DNA of 64,000 nt from Candidatus Poribacteria bacterium (lineage in GTDB: Bacteria; Poribacteria; WGA-4E; WGA-3G), in contig CBDANF010000003.1 of the NCBI GenBank assembly GCA_965197475.1, positions 32,001 through 96,000 on the forward strand, read 5' to 3'. The first letter of the stretch is position 1. Each line of letters begins with the position of its first letter. Shown piece by piece: positions 19,828 through 30,318 of this stretch. Both the position numbers and the translations under genes were made by a program. Under the pieces are notes generated by a model, which was given only the letters and a program-made list of their open reading frames with translations, was not told the DNA's origin and searched no databases.

Positions 19828-19954
19828 ACGTTTATCGCTAAACGCATCATTTCTCAAAGAGGATGCTCGCGATCCCAACGCAACCCACTCATCAACGATC
19901 GCTGGGAAGCCAATGAACATCAGCCTTCCAGCTATCCTATGGTCATTTGATACT
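19828..19954 (+). ncRNA. putative structured right-end RNA of the DUF1670 element
   Basis: Four consecutive potential stem-loops downstream of a near-consensus promoter; 147/151 nt identical in the mini copy. Confidence 0.5.
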
Positions 19955-22049
19955 ATTTTCTTATTAGCATTTTTCTGGTAGCAGTGAACTTGCCTACGGT
20001 TAACGTATAGAAATAGATTCCACTTGCCACAGGTTCACCCACATCATTTCTACCATTCCAATACGCCGCACGGCTGCGACTTTTATAGATACCAGCATCC
20101 TGATGTCCCAATACTAAGGTCTTAACTATTTTACCATTTGCAGCATAGATTGTCAAACTCACCTCAGCAGGTTTAGCAAGATGATAGGGTATCCACGTTT
20201 CTGGATTAAACGGATTCGGATAGTTTGCAAGCAGCTTTGTTTTTTCAGGAGTCAACGATGTTAGAAGCCTCTGGAGATTCGCTATGCCCTTTCGAAAAAC
20301 AATAGAACCGTCGTTTTCTATCTGCGCCTGCGTTATCCATGCTCGTATCATTGCGGGCATTAATTCTTCACTATTTATCACAACAAGATTCATATCAATG
20401 CCACGGTTGGTAATTAATGTCGGAGCAGATGCGGTTGTCTCACCTATATGCTGTGCAACAGCGATGAGGTCTAAGATGCCGATCGTCCCATCGCTGTCCA
20501 CGTCAGCTTGTGGCGTGACGGATGCATCTTTTCCCAAGTATTGTGCCACCTGCATTAGATCTAAAATGCTCACTTGCTCATCCTGATTTACATCCCAAGG
20601 CAAGAACACACGCTCTTCCACAGTGATAACAAAATCAGGAATGCTCAGAGAAATTGTTACCAAGTCACTTGAACCTGCATATAAGTTGGTAAGTGTTACT
20701 TGCGCTTCGCCAATCGCCTTTGCCATAAACGTTACCGACAGCAGCTTGCCTGTGCCGCTTACGCCGTCTCTGCTCAGACTTATCGCGCCGAGTCCGGTGA
20801 TTTTCCCTGCTGTGTTATCAATCGTGCTTTCAAGAAAGAATGTCGTTCTATCATCTTTCTTCAAGAAATCACCTTCGCTCACCTCAACTGCTTCAAGGGC
20901 AGCAGGGTCAAATACAATATTACATAACCATCCCGCTAAATCAGTGGTGTTTTCTACGTTGAGATGTAGTGTAAACGTATCATCAACGCGAACAGGGAGT
21001 TCATCTATAGAAAAAGAGAGATTGGCACTATTCACATCCGATACGGTGATCACAATCTCTGGAATACTCAGAGGAATTGCTACCGACTCGCTTGAATCTG
21101 CATATAGGTTGTTAAGCGTGACTTGTGCTTCGCCAATCGCCTTTGCTACAAATGTCACCGACAACAATCTGCCTGTGCCGCTTCCCCCGTCTCTGCTCCG
21201 GCTTACCGAGCCGAGTCCGGTGATTTTCCCTGCTGTGTTATCAATCGTGCTTTTGAGAAAGATGGTTGTTGCATCGCCTTCTTTCAAGAAATCGCCTTCG
21301 ACCACTTCAACAGCTTCAAACACATTCGGGTCAAACACAATATCACATTGCCAACTGGCTAAGTTGGTGATTTCATCTGCATTTAGATAAAGCGTAAATG
21401 TATCTCCGATGACAACAGATGTCGTATCAATGGAAAAGGAAAATCTGGGATCGCTCTCATCCAATTCGGGTTGCTCTTCCACAGTGATGACAATCTCTGG
21501 AATACTCAGAGTCAGAGGAATTATCTCTAAAACACCCGCCTCTGAGACATTACTCGAACCTGCCTTTAAGTTAGCAAGAGTGACCTGCGCTTCGCCAATC
21601 GCCTTTGCCACAAATGCTACCGACAACAATTTGCCTGTGCCACTAACACCACCTTTGGAAGTTCGTGCCGCGCCGAGATCAGTGATTTTCCCTGCTGTGT
21701 TATCAATTGCGCTTACAAGAAAGTGGGTTTTTCCACTACCTCCTTTCAAGAAGTCGCCTTCAACCACTTCAACTGCTTCAAGCACATTGGGGTCAAATAC
21801 TATATTACATTGCCATCCTGCTAAATCGGTGACGTTTTCTACATTCAGATGCAACGTAAACGTATTGTCAACGTGTACGGGTGTTTCATCTATAGAAAAG
21901 GAGAGTAGTGCTTCTTCAACAGCGGTAGGTTGATTATCGTCAGGGATGTTAACATTTTGTGCCACTATTGTAAGTGGAAACATCAAAAACAACATTGCAC
22001 AAATCCCAAAAGTGTAAACAAAATTATATTTTTCATTAACTATATCCAT
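19953..22049 (-). CDS. secreted protein: 3 cohesin-like repeats + dockerin/EF-hand + FlgD-Ig/T9SS-like C-terminal domain
   Basis: Three LAGWQ.NIVFDP..LEAVEV.EGDFL repeats; DVNQD/DVDSDG; NYPNPFNPETWIPY...TRKMLIRK. Confidence 0.85.
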   Translation of the reverse strand: MDIVNEKYNFVYTFGICAMLFLMFPLTIVAQNVNIPDDNQPTAVEEALLSFSIDETPVHVDNTFTLHLNVENVTDLAGWQCNIVFDPNVLEAVEVVEGDFLKGGSGKTHFLVSAIDNTAGKITDLGAARTSKGGVSGTGKLLSVAFVAKAIGEAQVTLANLKAGSSNVSEAGVLEIIPLTLSIPEIVITVEEQPELDESDPRFSFSIDTTSVVIGDTFTLYLNADEITNLASWQCDIVFDPNVFEAVEVVEGDFLKEGDATTIFLKSTIDNTAGKITGLGSVSRSRDGGSGTGRLLSVTFVAKAIGEAQVTLNNLYADSSESVAIPLSIPEIVITVSDVNSANLSFSIDELPVRVDDTFTLHLNVENTTDLAGWLCNIVFDPAALEAVEVSEGDFLKKDDRTTFFLESTIDNTAGKITGLGAISLSRDGVSGTGKLLSVTFMAKAIGEAQVTLTNLYAGSSDLVTISLSIPDFVITVEERVFLPWDVNQDEQVSILDLMQVAQYLGKDASVTPQADVDSDGTIGILDLIAVAQHIGETTASAPTLITNRGIDMNLVVINSEELMPAMIRAWITQAQIENDGSIVFRKGIANLQRLLTSLTPEKTKLLANYPNPFNPETWIPYHLAKPAEVSLTIYAANGKIVKTLVLGHQDAGIYKSRSRAAYWNGRNDVGEPVASGIYFYTLTVGKFTATRKMLIRK

Positions 22050-22231
22050 TCAGCTATATCTCCTTCTATCAAAACTTTAGGAAAGTCTTATTTTATCACG
22101 CTTCCAATACCAAATTCCAATGCTACATTTTCGCTTGAATCTATAGAATCAAACCGAAAATCACCTGCCATTTTTCTCATGATGCCATTATAACATGAAC
22201 CGCTATAAATGGCAAGAATTTGACGATTAAT

Positions 22232-22260
22232 TTGCAATTGTCAAGAAAATGTATTATAAT
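22232..22260 (+). promoter_or_regulatory. sigma70 promoter of the tRNA operon
   Basis: TTGCAA-17 bp-TATAAT. Confidence 0.7.
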
Positions 22261-22295
22261 ATAAGCACCTAATTTTAAGAGATGTCTTACACTAT

Positions 22296-22371
<76 letters not shown>

Positions 22372-22378
22372 TCCGCAT

Positions 22379-22452
<74 letters not shown>

Positions 22453-22462
22453 TATTGAACAC

Positions 22463-22535
22463 GGTGGATGTAGCTCAGGGGTAGAGTGCCTGACTGTGGA
22501 TCAGGAGGCCGTGGGTTCAATCCCCATCATCCACC
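22463..22535 (+). tRNA. tRNA-His(GTG)
   Basis: CCTGA-CTGTGGA-TCAGG anticodon arm; G-1:C73. Confidence 0.95.
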
Positions 22536-22545
22536 TTTTTAGGAT

Positions 22546-22618
22546 GCGTCCGTAGTTCAATGGATAGAGCAATAGCCTTCGGAGCTATAAGTTGGGGGTT
22601 CGAATCCCTCCGGACGCG
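22546..22618 (+). tRNA. tRNA-Arg(TCG)
   Basis: ATAGC-CTTCGGA-GCTAT anticodon arm. Confidence 0.92.
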
Positions 22619-22619
22619 G

Positions 22620-22692
22620 GTGCCGTTAGCTCAATTGGCAGAGCATCTGACTCTTAATCAGAGGGTTGAAGGTTCGATTCCTTCACGGCGCA
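22620..22692 (+). tRNA. tRNA-Lys(CTT)
   Basis: TCTGA-CTCTTAA-TCAGA anticodon arm. Confidence 0.95.
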
Positions 22693-22707
22693 TCGGTTCT
22701 GCAAAAA

Positions 22708-22792
22708 GGGCGGGTGCTGGAATTGGTAGACAGGATAGACTTAGGATCTATTGGGGTTATGCCTCGTGAGGGTTCAAGTCCCTCCTCGCCCA
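22708..22792 (+). tRNA. tRNA-Leu(TAG)
   Basis: ATAGA-CTTAGGA-TCTAT anticodon arm, long variable arm. Confidence 0.93.
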
Positions 22793-22949
22793 TCCCACAG
22801 TACTGCCGAGGTGTCGTAAGAAAATTGAAGCAAGTCTTTATCCTTGAAACGTGAGATGCTTTGCCGCAGTCCTATTAGAGAATAGAGACTTGACAAGACA
22901 GTACTGCACCAGATAGACCTTTTTGTCCGCTGACAAGGGAGATTCTAAC

Positions 22950-24257
22950 TTGAGAGTTGAAGTCGAAACGCTGGATAGCACGCAAGTCAAAATAGAAATT
23001 GAGGTACCTGCGGAGGAAGTAAACGAAGCATTACAAGAAGCGTACCAAGTCTTGCGTAGTTATGTATCGTTGCCGGGTTTCAGAAAAGGACGAGTGCCTT
23101 TAGCCATACTTAAGTCCCGATTCCCAGAACATATCAATAACGAAGTCGTAAGGCAGCTTGTTTTTCCTGCTTACGAAGATGCACTGATTACTAAACACCT
23201 CATTCCCCTTGCACAACCGACTTTCGACCCATCCTTGGATCAGCTGAAAGTCGCAGAAAATCATCCTCTCGTTTTCACTGCCACCGTTAATATAAAACCG
23301 ACTTTTGAACTTCCAAATTATGAGGAGATCGAAACAGACAAGACACCGATCAACGTGCCGCGTGAAGACGTGGAGGCTTTTATTGCAGAGTTACAACAGA
23401 AATCGGCAACTTTTGATCCGATTGAGGAAGACCGACCTATCCAAGCATCAGATTGTGTAAGGATAGATTGGACATGCTCCGTAGACAGCGAAGAACTTGA
23501 AAGCGAATCAGGACAGGATGTAGATATTGACCTAACAAAGAAAGATTTTCACAACGACCTAATAAACGGTCTAATTGGAATGCGTATTGGTGAAACAAAG
23601 TCAATTAAGGTCAGTTTTGATACCACACACCGCGCACCTGAACTGGCTGGAAAACAGGCGATATACAATGTAACACTGCACGCAATCACACAAAAACACC
23701 TACCGCAACTTGATGATGAGTTCGCGAAAGACCTCGGTTATGAGACCTATAACCAGTTGCATGGTGTTATCTGGAACAATTTAGTTGAAGAGGAACGAAT
23801 TCAGCATATTGATAAGCAAAAAGTTGAAATACTGGAGCAGCTTATTGAAAAGACAAACATAACAATCCCCGATGAATTGGTTGACCAATACGTGCAGCAA
23901 TCTTTACAAAATGTGCATAAGCAGCTAAAAGCACAGCACCAAACACCCGAAGAAGCAGGCGTTGATTTGGAGGCGTTGCCTTCAGAATTAAGACGAGACG
24001 TAATTCAGCAGACAAAACAGAATTGGATTTTTGATGAAATAGCCGATTTTGAAGGTATTTACGTGAGTGATGATGAATTGGAGTGGGAGATTCGCCGCGC
24101 TGCGGAACAACAGAATCGAGATGCCCAAAAATATGCCGATTTGTTGAAGGCGAGCAATCGTTTAGAAGATTTCAGGGTGCAATTACAGCATGAGAAAATT
24201 TATCAGTTTTTAATTCAACAAGCATCAGCGAAAAAATCATTGATTATTACCAGATAG
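22950..24257 (+). CDS. tig: trigger factor
   Basis: LPGFRKGRVP, ELAGK, LDDEFAKDLG; upstream of clpP. Likely TTG start after a GGGAG RBS. Confidence 0.93.
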   Translation: MRVEVETLDSTQVKIEIEVPAEEVNEALQEAYQVLRSYVSLPGFRKGRVPLAILKSRFPEHINNEVVRQLVFPAYEDALITKHLIPLAQPTFDPSLDQLKVAENHPLVFTATVNIKPTFELPNYEEIETDKTPINVPREDVEAFIAELQQKSATFDPIEEDRPIQASDCVRIDWTCSVDSEELESESGQDVDIDLTKKDFHNDLINGLIGMRIGETKSIKVSFDTTHRAPELAGKQAIYNVTLHAITQKHLPQLDDEFAKDLGYETYNQLHGVIWNNLVEEERIQHIDKQKVEILEQLIEKTNITIPDELVDQYVQQSLQNVHKQLKAQHQTPEEAGVDLEALPSELRRDVIQQTKQNWIFDEIADFEGIYVSDDELEWEIRRAAEQQNRDAQKYADLLKASNRLEDFRVQLQHEKIYQFLIQQASAKKSLIITR

Positions 24258-24401
24258 TTTCAAAGTATCTGAGTTACAAGCACATATTGGTCCCGCATTC
24301 GCTATCTTTACCACCTTATTTGATAAAATAAAAATCGTTAGCTGCTTCATAAATTTTTAATATAACAAGAATATAATATACATCACCCTACGGACACGAA
24401 A

Positions 24402-24992
24402 ATGAATCTTGTACCCTTTGTTGTTGAACAGACAAACCGAGGCGAACGGTCCTATGACATCTATTCTCGGTTGCTTGAAGACCGAATTATCATGGTTGGT
24501 ACTACGATTGCGGATGATACTGTAGCAAATCTGGTTACTGCGCAAATGCTTTTCCTTGAAGGAAAAGACCCGGATGCGGATATTATCCTTTATCTGAATA
24601 CACCAGGAGGTTCGGTTTCAGCGGGTTTAGCAATTTACGACACCATGCAGTATATCAAGGCGGATGTGCAAACGTGGTGTTTAGGACGGGCCTACAGCAT
24701 GGGGGCTGTCCTATTGGCTGCCGGAACCCCCGGCAAACGATACGCATTGCCACATGCAAAAGCACTGATTCATCAACCTATGGCAGGTGGAATTGGTGGG
24801 CAAGCAACGGATATCAGCATCTACGCCAACGAAATTTTGAGGGAACGGGAACGGCTTTACACTATTTTAGCGCGACATACTGGGCAAAACTTCGCAAAAA
24901 TCGAAACAGATGCCGATAGGGATTTTTATATGACAGCAGAAGAAGCACTTGAATACGGCATCATTGATACAGTTGTCGCCCATCGTCAATAG
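24402..24992 (+). CDS. clpP: ATP-dependent Clp protease proteolytic subunit
   Basis: [28 protein letters not shown]. Confidence 0.97.
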   Translation: MNLVPFVVEQTNRGERSYDIYSRLLEDRIIMVGTTIADDTVANLVTAQMLFLEGKDPDADIILYLNTPGGSVSAGLAIYDTMQYIKADVQTWCLGRAYSMGAVLLAAGTPGKRYALPHAKALIHQPMAGGIGGQATDISIYANEILRERERLYTILARHTGQNFAKIETDADRDFYMTAEEALEYGIIDTVVAHRQ

Positions 24993-25064
24993 AATAAATT
25001 AAGGGTATGCCTCCACACGATACATCAAAACGACATACCCACGTTATTGAAAGTCAGAGGAAAA

Positions 25065-26354
25065 ATGTCAGAATCCATTGATGGTAGAGTGTTTTGTTCA
25101 TTCTGTAATAGAGAACGCAGCCAAGTAGGTCAACTTCTCCAGGGAGTTGAGGCGAAGATATGCGACGTATGCATTGATCAATGTAATAGAATACTCGCCA
25201 ATGGAAATCCCGCCGTAGATTTACCAGAACCACTCCCCGACGTTGAGGATCCGAGCGAGGAAGATATTGAGCCTCCCGTGTTACTTCTTGAACCATCTGA
25301 GATTAAAGCGAAACTTGATGAATATGTAATCGGACAAGAACACGCCAAAAAAATCCTTTCCGTCGCTGTTTACACACACTATAAACGCTTGCAGCATGAT
25401 AACACAAGTGATATTGAATTGGATAAAAGCAACATTCTGTTGATAGGTCCCACTGGGACAGGTAAAACGCTGCTCGCGCAGACCCTCGCTAAGGTATTAA
25501 ACGTTCCCTTTGCTATCGCCGATGCAACTACCGTCACTGAAGCCGGTTACGTTGGTGAAGACGTAGAAAACATAATCCTAAAACTGGTTCAAGCTGCAGA
25601 TGGCAACATCAAACGTGCCCAAAATGGCATTATTTACATAGATGAAATAGACAAAATCACCCGAAAATCCGAAAATCCATCTATTACTCGCGATGTTTCT
25701 GGTGAAGGCGTGCAGCAAGCACTCCTCAAAATCTTAGAAGGCACCGTGGCTAACGTTCCTCCCCGTGGTGGGCGGAAACACCCACATCAAGAGATGTTAG
25801 AAGTTGATACAAAAAACGTTCTTTTTATCTGCGGTGGCACTTTCATCGGATTAGAGAACCTTATTAATGATCGACTCGGAAAACGGAGTATCGGCTTTGG
25901 GTCAGTGATTCAATCCAAACAGAAACAAAAAATTCACGAAATTCTTGAACATGCTACCGCTAAAGACCTGAGCAAGTATGGATTTATTCCTGAACTCATT
26001 GGGAGATTACCTATTGTTGCGATTCTCCATGAATTGGATGAACCCGCACTCATTAGAATTCTGACCGAACCCAAAAACGCACTTGTTAAACAATATAGGC
26101 AACTTTTAGCGTACGAAGGTGTGCAATTTGATGTAACCGATGATGCGCTCTCTGCAATTGCGCATCAAGTAATAGAACGTGAAACAGGCGCGCGCGGCTT
26201 ACGGGCAGTCATGGAAAAGATCATGCTTGATACAATGTATCAGATACCCTCACTTTCCGAAGTACACGCTTGTCAGATAACCGAAGATAGCGTCTTAGGA
26301 AAAAGTCCTCCTGAATTAATTAACACTGCATCTGAAGTTCTTAAAACCGCGTAA
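25065..26354 (+). CDS. clpX: ClpX ATPase
   Basis: CSFC..CDVC zinc finger, [25 protein letters not shown] loop. Confidence 0.97.
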   Translation: MSESIDGRVFCSFCNRERSQVGQLLQGVEAKICDVCIDQCNRILANGNPAVDLPEPLPDVEDPSEEDIEPPVLLLEPSEIKAKLDEYVIGQEHAKKILSVAVYTHYKRLQHDNTSDIELDKSNILLIGPTGTGKTLLAQTLAKVLNVPFAIADATTVTEAGYVGEDVENIILKLVQAADGNIKRAQNGIIYIDEIDKITRKSENPSITRDVSGEGVQQALLKILEGTVANVPPRGGRKHPHQEMLEVDTKNVLFICGGTFIGLENLINDRLGKRSIGFGSVIQSKQKQKIHEILEHATAKDLSKYGFIPELIGRLPIVAILHELDEPALIRILTEPKNALVKQYRQLLAYEGVQFDVTDDALSAIAHQVIERETGARGLRAVMEKIMLDTMYQIPSLSEVHACQITEDSVLGKSPPELINTASEVLKTA

Positions 26355-26365
26355 AGGAGCAAACC

Positions 26366-28858
26366 ATGAACCCAGAATCTGAAAGACTCGCCAGCGATTC
26401 GGATGTCTTTTTGCCTGTTATCGCTTTACCAGCAGATTTTGAGACCTTTTTTCCAAAAACTAAAACTATCGTTGACCAAAGATTAAGGGATTGGACACCG
26501 TTGCGTATTGCAAGAAAAACGAATATCCTTGCCGCGCGGACAGCACTCAACACAAATTTGAAGGTCTTGCTCATCCATCAAAAAAAGGAACTTGAGGAAA
26601 ATGTTGAACCGCAGCTAGAGGACCTCCATACCATCGGGATTGTAGCGACCATTGTCCATGACTATGACCCAGGAGATGGAACACTACATATCGCAATTGA
26701 GACATCCTATCGTGCTATAGCCGCCCACTGTACACTGGTTGATGGTTACTTGAGGGCATCAGTCAAAATCGTTTCTGAACTCACAGGTGTAGCAGATGCC
26801 GCTGTATCATTCATAAAAGAAGCGAGAACTGCTTTTCAAAGTTATGCTAAGGCAAATCCAAAGCTTATTCTACCCGATGCAGAAAGACACATTCGTGACT
26901 TAACGGAGCCCGGTATCCTTGCAGACAACATAGCACGTTTTGCTGACATTCCTTCCCCGAAACGGCAAGAAATCCTTGAAGAATTGAACCCTATCAAACG
27001 GCTCAATTTTGTCACCGCACTCCTTGAAGCTGACCTTGACCTAATTGATCTGGAGGAAGAAATTCTCAGCGAGGTTAGCGAGTCCGTTAAGAAAACCAAT
27101 CGTGAATTCTATCTACAAGAGCAGCTAAAAGTCATCCAACGGAAACTCGGCCGCGGGGATGAAATTGATGAGATTGATGACTTGCGCGAACAGGTGAAAA
27201 ATGCTGGCATGACTGAAGAAGCGGAGAAGAAGGCACTGAAGGAGCTTGACCGTCTGGCACAAATACCGCCTATGTCCGCAGAGTCCGGCGTTATTCGCAA
27301 CTACGTCGATTGGCTCCTTGCTGTCCCGTGGAAAGATCGCACAGAAAATACCGTTGAACTTGATCAAGCAGAAAAGATTCTCGACGAAGACCACTATGGA
27401 TTAGATAAACCTAAAACTAATGTTTTAGAATACCTTGCTGTCCTGAAATTGGTTGAGCAGTTGAAAGGACCCATTCTCTGTTTAGTGGGTCCCCCAGGCG
27501 TTGGCAAAACATCGTTGGGCAAATCAATAGCGCGCGCAACCGGTAGAAAATTTGTCCGTATGTCCCTTGGTGGTGTGCGTGATGAAGCCGAAATCCGTGG
27601 GCACCGCCGCACCTATATCGGGGCGATCCCAGGACGTATTATTCAAGGATTGCGTGATGTCAAAACGAAAAACCCGCTCTTCCTGCTTGATGAAATTGAT
27701 AAACTGAGTTCTGACTGGCGCGGTGACCCCGCCTCAGCACTCCTTGAAGTGCTTGACCCAGAACAGAATGAAACCTTCCGAGACCACTACTTGGACGTTG
27801 AGTTTGACCTCTCGGATGTTATGTTCGTTACCACTGCTAATACGCGTATCACGATACCAGCCGCGCTTGAGGATCGGATGGAAGTTATTGAACTAGCTGG
27901 TTATACCGATTTTGAGAAACATAAAATAGCAACGTTTCATCCAAACGGGCTAATTCCAAAGCAGTTGAATAGCCATGGTCTGAAGGAAGAAAATGTTGCG
28001 TTTGCGGATTCTGCCATTTTTGACATAGTCCACAAATACACCCGTGAAGCAGGTGTGCGAAGTCTTGAACGCAGTATTACCAGTATCTGCCGAAAAATAG
28101 CAAAGCAGATTGTTACTGACGATTCACCGGACCTAAAGGTTAAGGTTACCAATCTCAATTTAAGTGACTACCTCGGACCGCCAAAATGGACTCGTACCAA
28201 GGCACAAGAACATGATGAAGTCGGTGTCTCAACAGGAATGGTCTGGACACAGGTCGGCGGCGATATTGTCTCGGTTGAAGCGACCCTTATGCCTGGTAAG
28301 GGCAAGTTAAATATGACAGGACAACTCCAAGATGTCATGCAGGAATCTGTCCAAACAGCTGTAGCCTATTTCCGATCACGCGCTGCACATTTTGACATCC
28401 CTAAAGAGACCTTTGAGAAAAATGATATTCATATTCATATTCCGGAAGGGGCAGTACCTAAAGACGGACCTTCTGCAGGTATCACTGTCGCTACCGCGAT
28501 TCTCAGTGCCATAACCCAGAGAAAGGTGCGAAAAGATGTCGCGATGACAGGTGAAATAACCCTCCGTGGGCATGTCCTCCCAATCGGCGGACTCAAAGAA
28601 AAGGCACTCGCAGCCTATCGTAACGGCATCGTTGACATCATAATGCCGGACGAAAATGAGAAAGACCTTGCTGATATCCCAAGTGAAATTCGGGAAAATA
28701 TCCGATGGCATCAGGTTAACGACATAAAACAGGTACTTGAGTTAGCACTGAAAAGCGAAACTGAGGACGAACCTGAAAACGAGCATGAAGGAATCGCTCC
28801 TGCTACTGAAGACGCAACGTTACAGAATCCAGATGTAATCGGTCAGACTGGAAACTGA
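26366..28858 (+). CDS. lon: Lon protease
   Basis: [23 protein letters not shown]. Confidence 0.97.
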   Translation: MNPESERLASDSDVFLPVIALPADFETFFPKTKTIVDQRLRDWTPLRIARKTNILAARTALNTNLKVLLIHQKKELEENVEPQLEDLHTIGIVATIVHDYDPGDGTLHIAIETSYRAIAAHCTLVDGYLRASVKIVSELTGVADAAVSFIKEARTAFQSYAKANPKLILPDAERHIRDLTEPGILADNIARFADIPSPKRQEILEELNPIKRLNFVTALLEADLDLIDLEEEILSEVSESVKKTNREFYLQEQLKVIQRKLGRGDEIDEIDDLREQVKNAGMTEEAEKKALKELDRLAQIPPMSAESGVIRNYVDWLLAVPWKDRTENTVELDQAEKILDEDHYGLDKPKTNVLEYLAVLKLVEQLKGPILCLVGPPGVGKTSLGKSIARATGRKFVRMSLGGVRDEAEIRGHRRTYIGAIPGRIIQGLRDVKTKNPLFLLDEIDKLSSDWRGDPASALLEVLDPEQNETFRDHYLDVEFDLSDVMFVTTANTRITIPAALEDRMEVIELAGYTDFEKHKIATFHPNGLIPKQLNSHGLKEENVAFADSAIFDIVHKYTREAGVRSLERSITSICRKIAKQIVTDDSPDLKVKVTNLNLSDYLGPPKWTRTKAQEHDEVGVSTGMVWTQVGGDIVSVEATLMPGKGKLNMTGQLQDVMQESVQTAVAYFRSRAAHFDIPKETFEKNDIHIHIPEGAVPKDGPSAGITVATAILSAITQRKVRKDVAMTGEITLRGHVLPIGGLKEKALAAYRNGIVDIIMPDENEKDLADIPSEIRENIRWHQVNDIKQVLELALKSETEDEPENEHEGIAPATEDATLQNPDVIGQTGN

Positions 28859-28899
28859 TATGCGATTGAGACAAGATAAGCCTGGGCGTACATAGGAAA

Positions 28900-29163
28900 A
28901 TGCGAGTAGACAAATTTCTGCAAATTTCACGACTCGTCAAAAGGCGAACTGCTGCGAATACATTATGTAACCGAGGTAATGTTTTAGTCAACATGAACCC
29001 AACAAAAGCGGGAAAAATGCTTAAGGTCGGTGATAGAATTACAATTATTGCAGATCGACTTCCTACAGAGGATGCAGAACAGTTGACGTACGAGGTGTTA
29101 AAGATTCCGACAGGGAATGTGCCGAAAACCCATGCGGCAACACTGTATCGTCGTGTTGAGTAG
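28900..29163 (+). CDS. S4-domain RNA-binding protein (HslR/RqcP-like)
   Basis: MRVDKFL...VKRRTAA...LKVGDRI. Confidence 0.88.
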   Translation: MRVDKFLQISRLVKRRTAANTLCNRGNVLVNMNPTKAGKMLKVGDRITIIADRLPTEDAEQLTYEVLKIPTGNVPKTHAATLYRRVE

Positions 29164-29208
29164 GTTATAGTAGAACAATTGATCGTTCATATTCCATATT
29201 AATCAAAT

Positions 29209-30318
29209 ATGTTGCCACGTATCGGGATAACTATGGGCGATGCTGCTGGCATCGGTCCCGAAATTATCATTAAAGCTCTCTCCAACAAAAACGTCTACCA
29301 GATGTGTCAACCGATTGTCATCGGGAGTTCGGCAATAATTCAGGACGCGCTCAGATTCGTTTCCTCAAAAGACATTCTATCCAAAGCTCAAGAGAACCTT
29401 CCCAAAGTTTCACGTATCCATTCACTAAAACACGTTACCGCAATCCACGGTAGGATTGATGTGCTTGATGCAAGTTCATTAAAACCTGAAGATATTTCGC
29501 ATGGAACAATAGATTCTTGCTGTGGTACTGCTGCAGTTCAGGCGATTGAGACTGCGGTGAAACTGACATTGGATGGTATGCTTGACGGTATAACAACCGC
29601 CCCAATTTGTAAGGCATCAATTCAGCGCGCAGGTTCACCATTTCCCGGTCACACTGAGATGCTCACAAGTTTGACACAATCCGAAAAATCTGTTATGATG
29701 CTCAAAACGTGGGACACTTCCCTTCAATTTAAGTCAGAATTCAGTGTGGATTTAAAAAAAGAGAAGAAAAATTCTTGTAACTCAACTAATCTAACAAAAG
29801 ATCTTACTGTCTCTTTTGTCACCAACCATATTCCGATTGCAGAAATTTCGCAGCAACTATCAGTGGAAAGAATTAACGATGTCATTCAAATAACATATGA
29901 CGCATTAGTTCGATTTGGGATTGAAAATCCACGTTTAGTTGTAGCAGGATTAAATCCACATGCCGGGGAAGAGTGTATGTTCGGTAAAGAGGAAGAGACT
30001 TACATCGGACCAGCAATTCGGCAGGCACACGCGGCAGGTTTGCAAGTTGACGGTCCCCTACCTGCAGATACGTTATTCAAAAAAGCAATCCGTGGTGATT
30101 GGGATGCTGTCATCGCAATGTACCATGACCAAGGAAATATCCCGATAAAACTGATTGGATTTGGACAGGTTGTAAACATCACATTAGGGTTGCCCATTGT
30201 ACGCACCAGTGTTGACCACGGCACGGCGTTTGACATTGCTGGACAAGGTATTGCGAGTGAAACCAGTCTCATTGCTGCTTTAGCAGCTGCATCACAATTA
30301 GCGAGTTCTCAATTATGA
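29209..30318 (+). CDS. pdxA: 4-hydroxythreonine-4-phosphate dehydrogenase family
   Basis: GDAAGIGPE, GHTE, LNPHAGE, MYHDQG, RTSVDHGTA. Confidence 0.95.
   Translation: MLPRIGITMGDAAGIGPEIIIKALSNKNVYQMCQPIVIGSSAIIQDALRFVSSKDILSKAQENLPKVSRIHSLKHVTAIHGRIDVLDASSLKPEDISHGTIDSCCGTAAVQAIETAVKLTLDGMLDGITTAPICKASIQRAGSPFPGHTEMLTSLTQSEKSVMMLKTWDTSLQFKSEFSVDLKKEKKNSCNSTNLTKDLTVSFVTNHIPIAEISQQLSVERINDVIQITYDALVRFGIENPRLVVAGLNPHAGEECMFGKEEETYIGPAIRQAHAAGLQVDGPLPADTLFKKAIRGDWDAVIAMYHDQGNIPIKLIGFGQVVNITLGLPIVRTSVDHGTAFDIAGQGIASETSLIAALAAASQLASSQL

Larger units (their letters stand above)
17945..19954 (+). mobile_element. novel 2010-bp element encoding two tandem DUF1670-like proteins
   Basis: IRs GTATCAAATGACC (17950-17962) and GGTCATTTGATAC (19941-19953). 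AT direct repeat at 17943-44 and 19955-56. Same ends in the second copy at 62119-62556. Confidence 0.85.

Noticed and set aside
19875-19896. 8-nt complementarity of the RNA loop (TCATCAAC) to GTTGATGA at the end of the unoccupied paralog
   Set aside because: Too short, not conserved in the mini copy, and it does not match the occupied targets.
19738-19950. 70-aa ORF in the element right end, and the chimeric 79-aa ORF at 62123-62362
   Set aside because: No RBS, it spans a promoter and stops inside the IR. Three of four inter-copy changes are synonymous in this frame, but that is too few to be significant, so it is not fully excluded.
20284-21933. Long plus-strand ORFs opposite the cohesin gene, and similar antisense ORFs elsewhere
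   Set aside because: In-register antisense shadows of real genes, with no motifs.
22560-22854. Short ORFs in the tRNA cluster
   Set aside because: They overlap tRNA genes.
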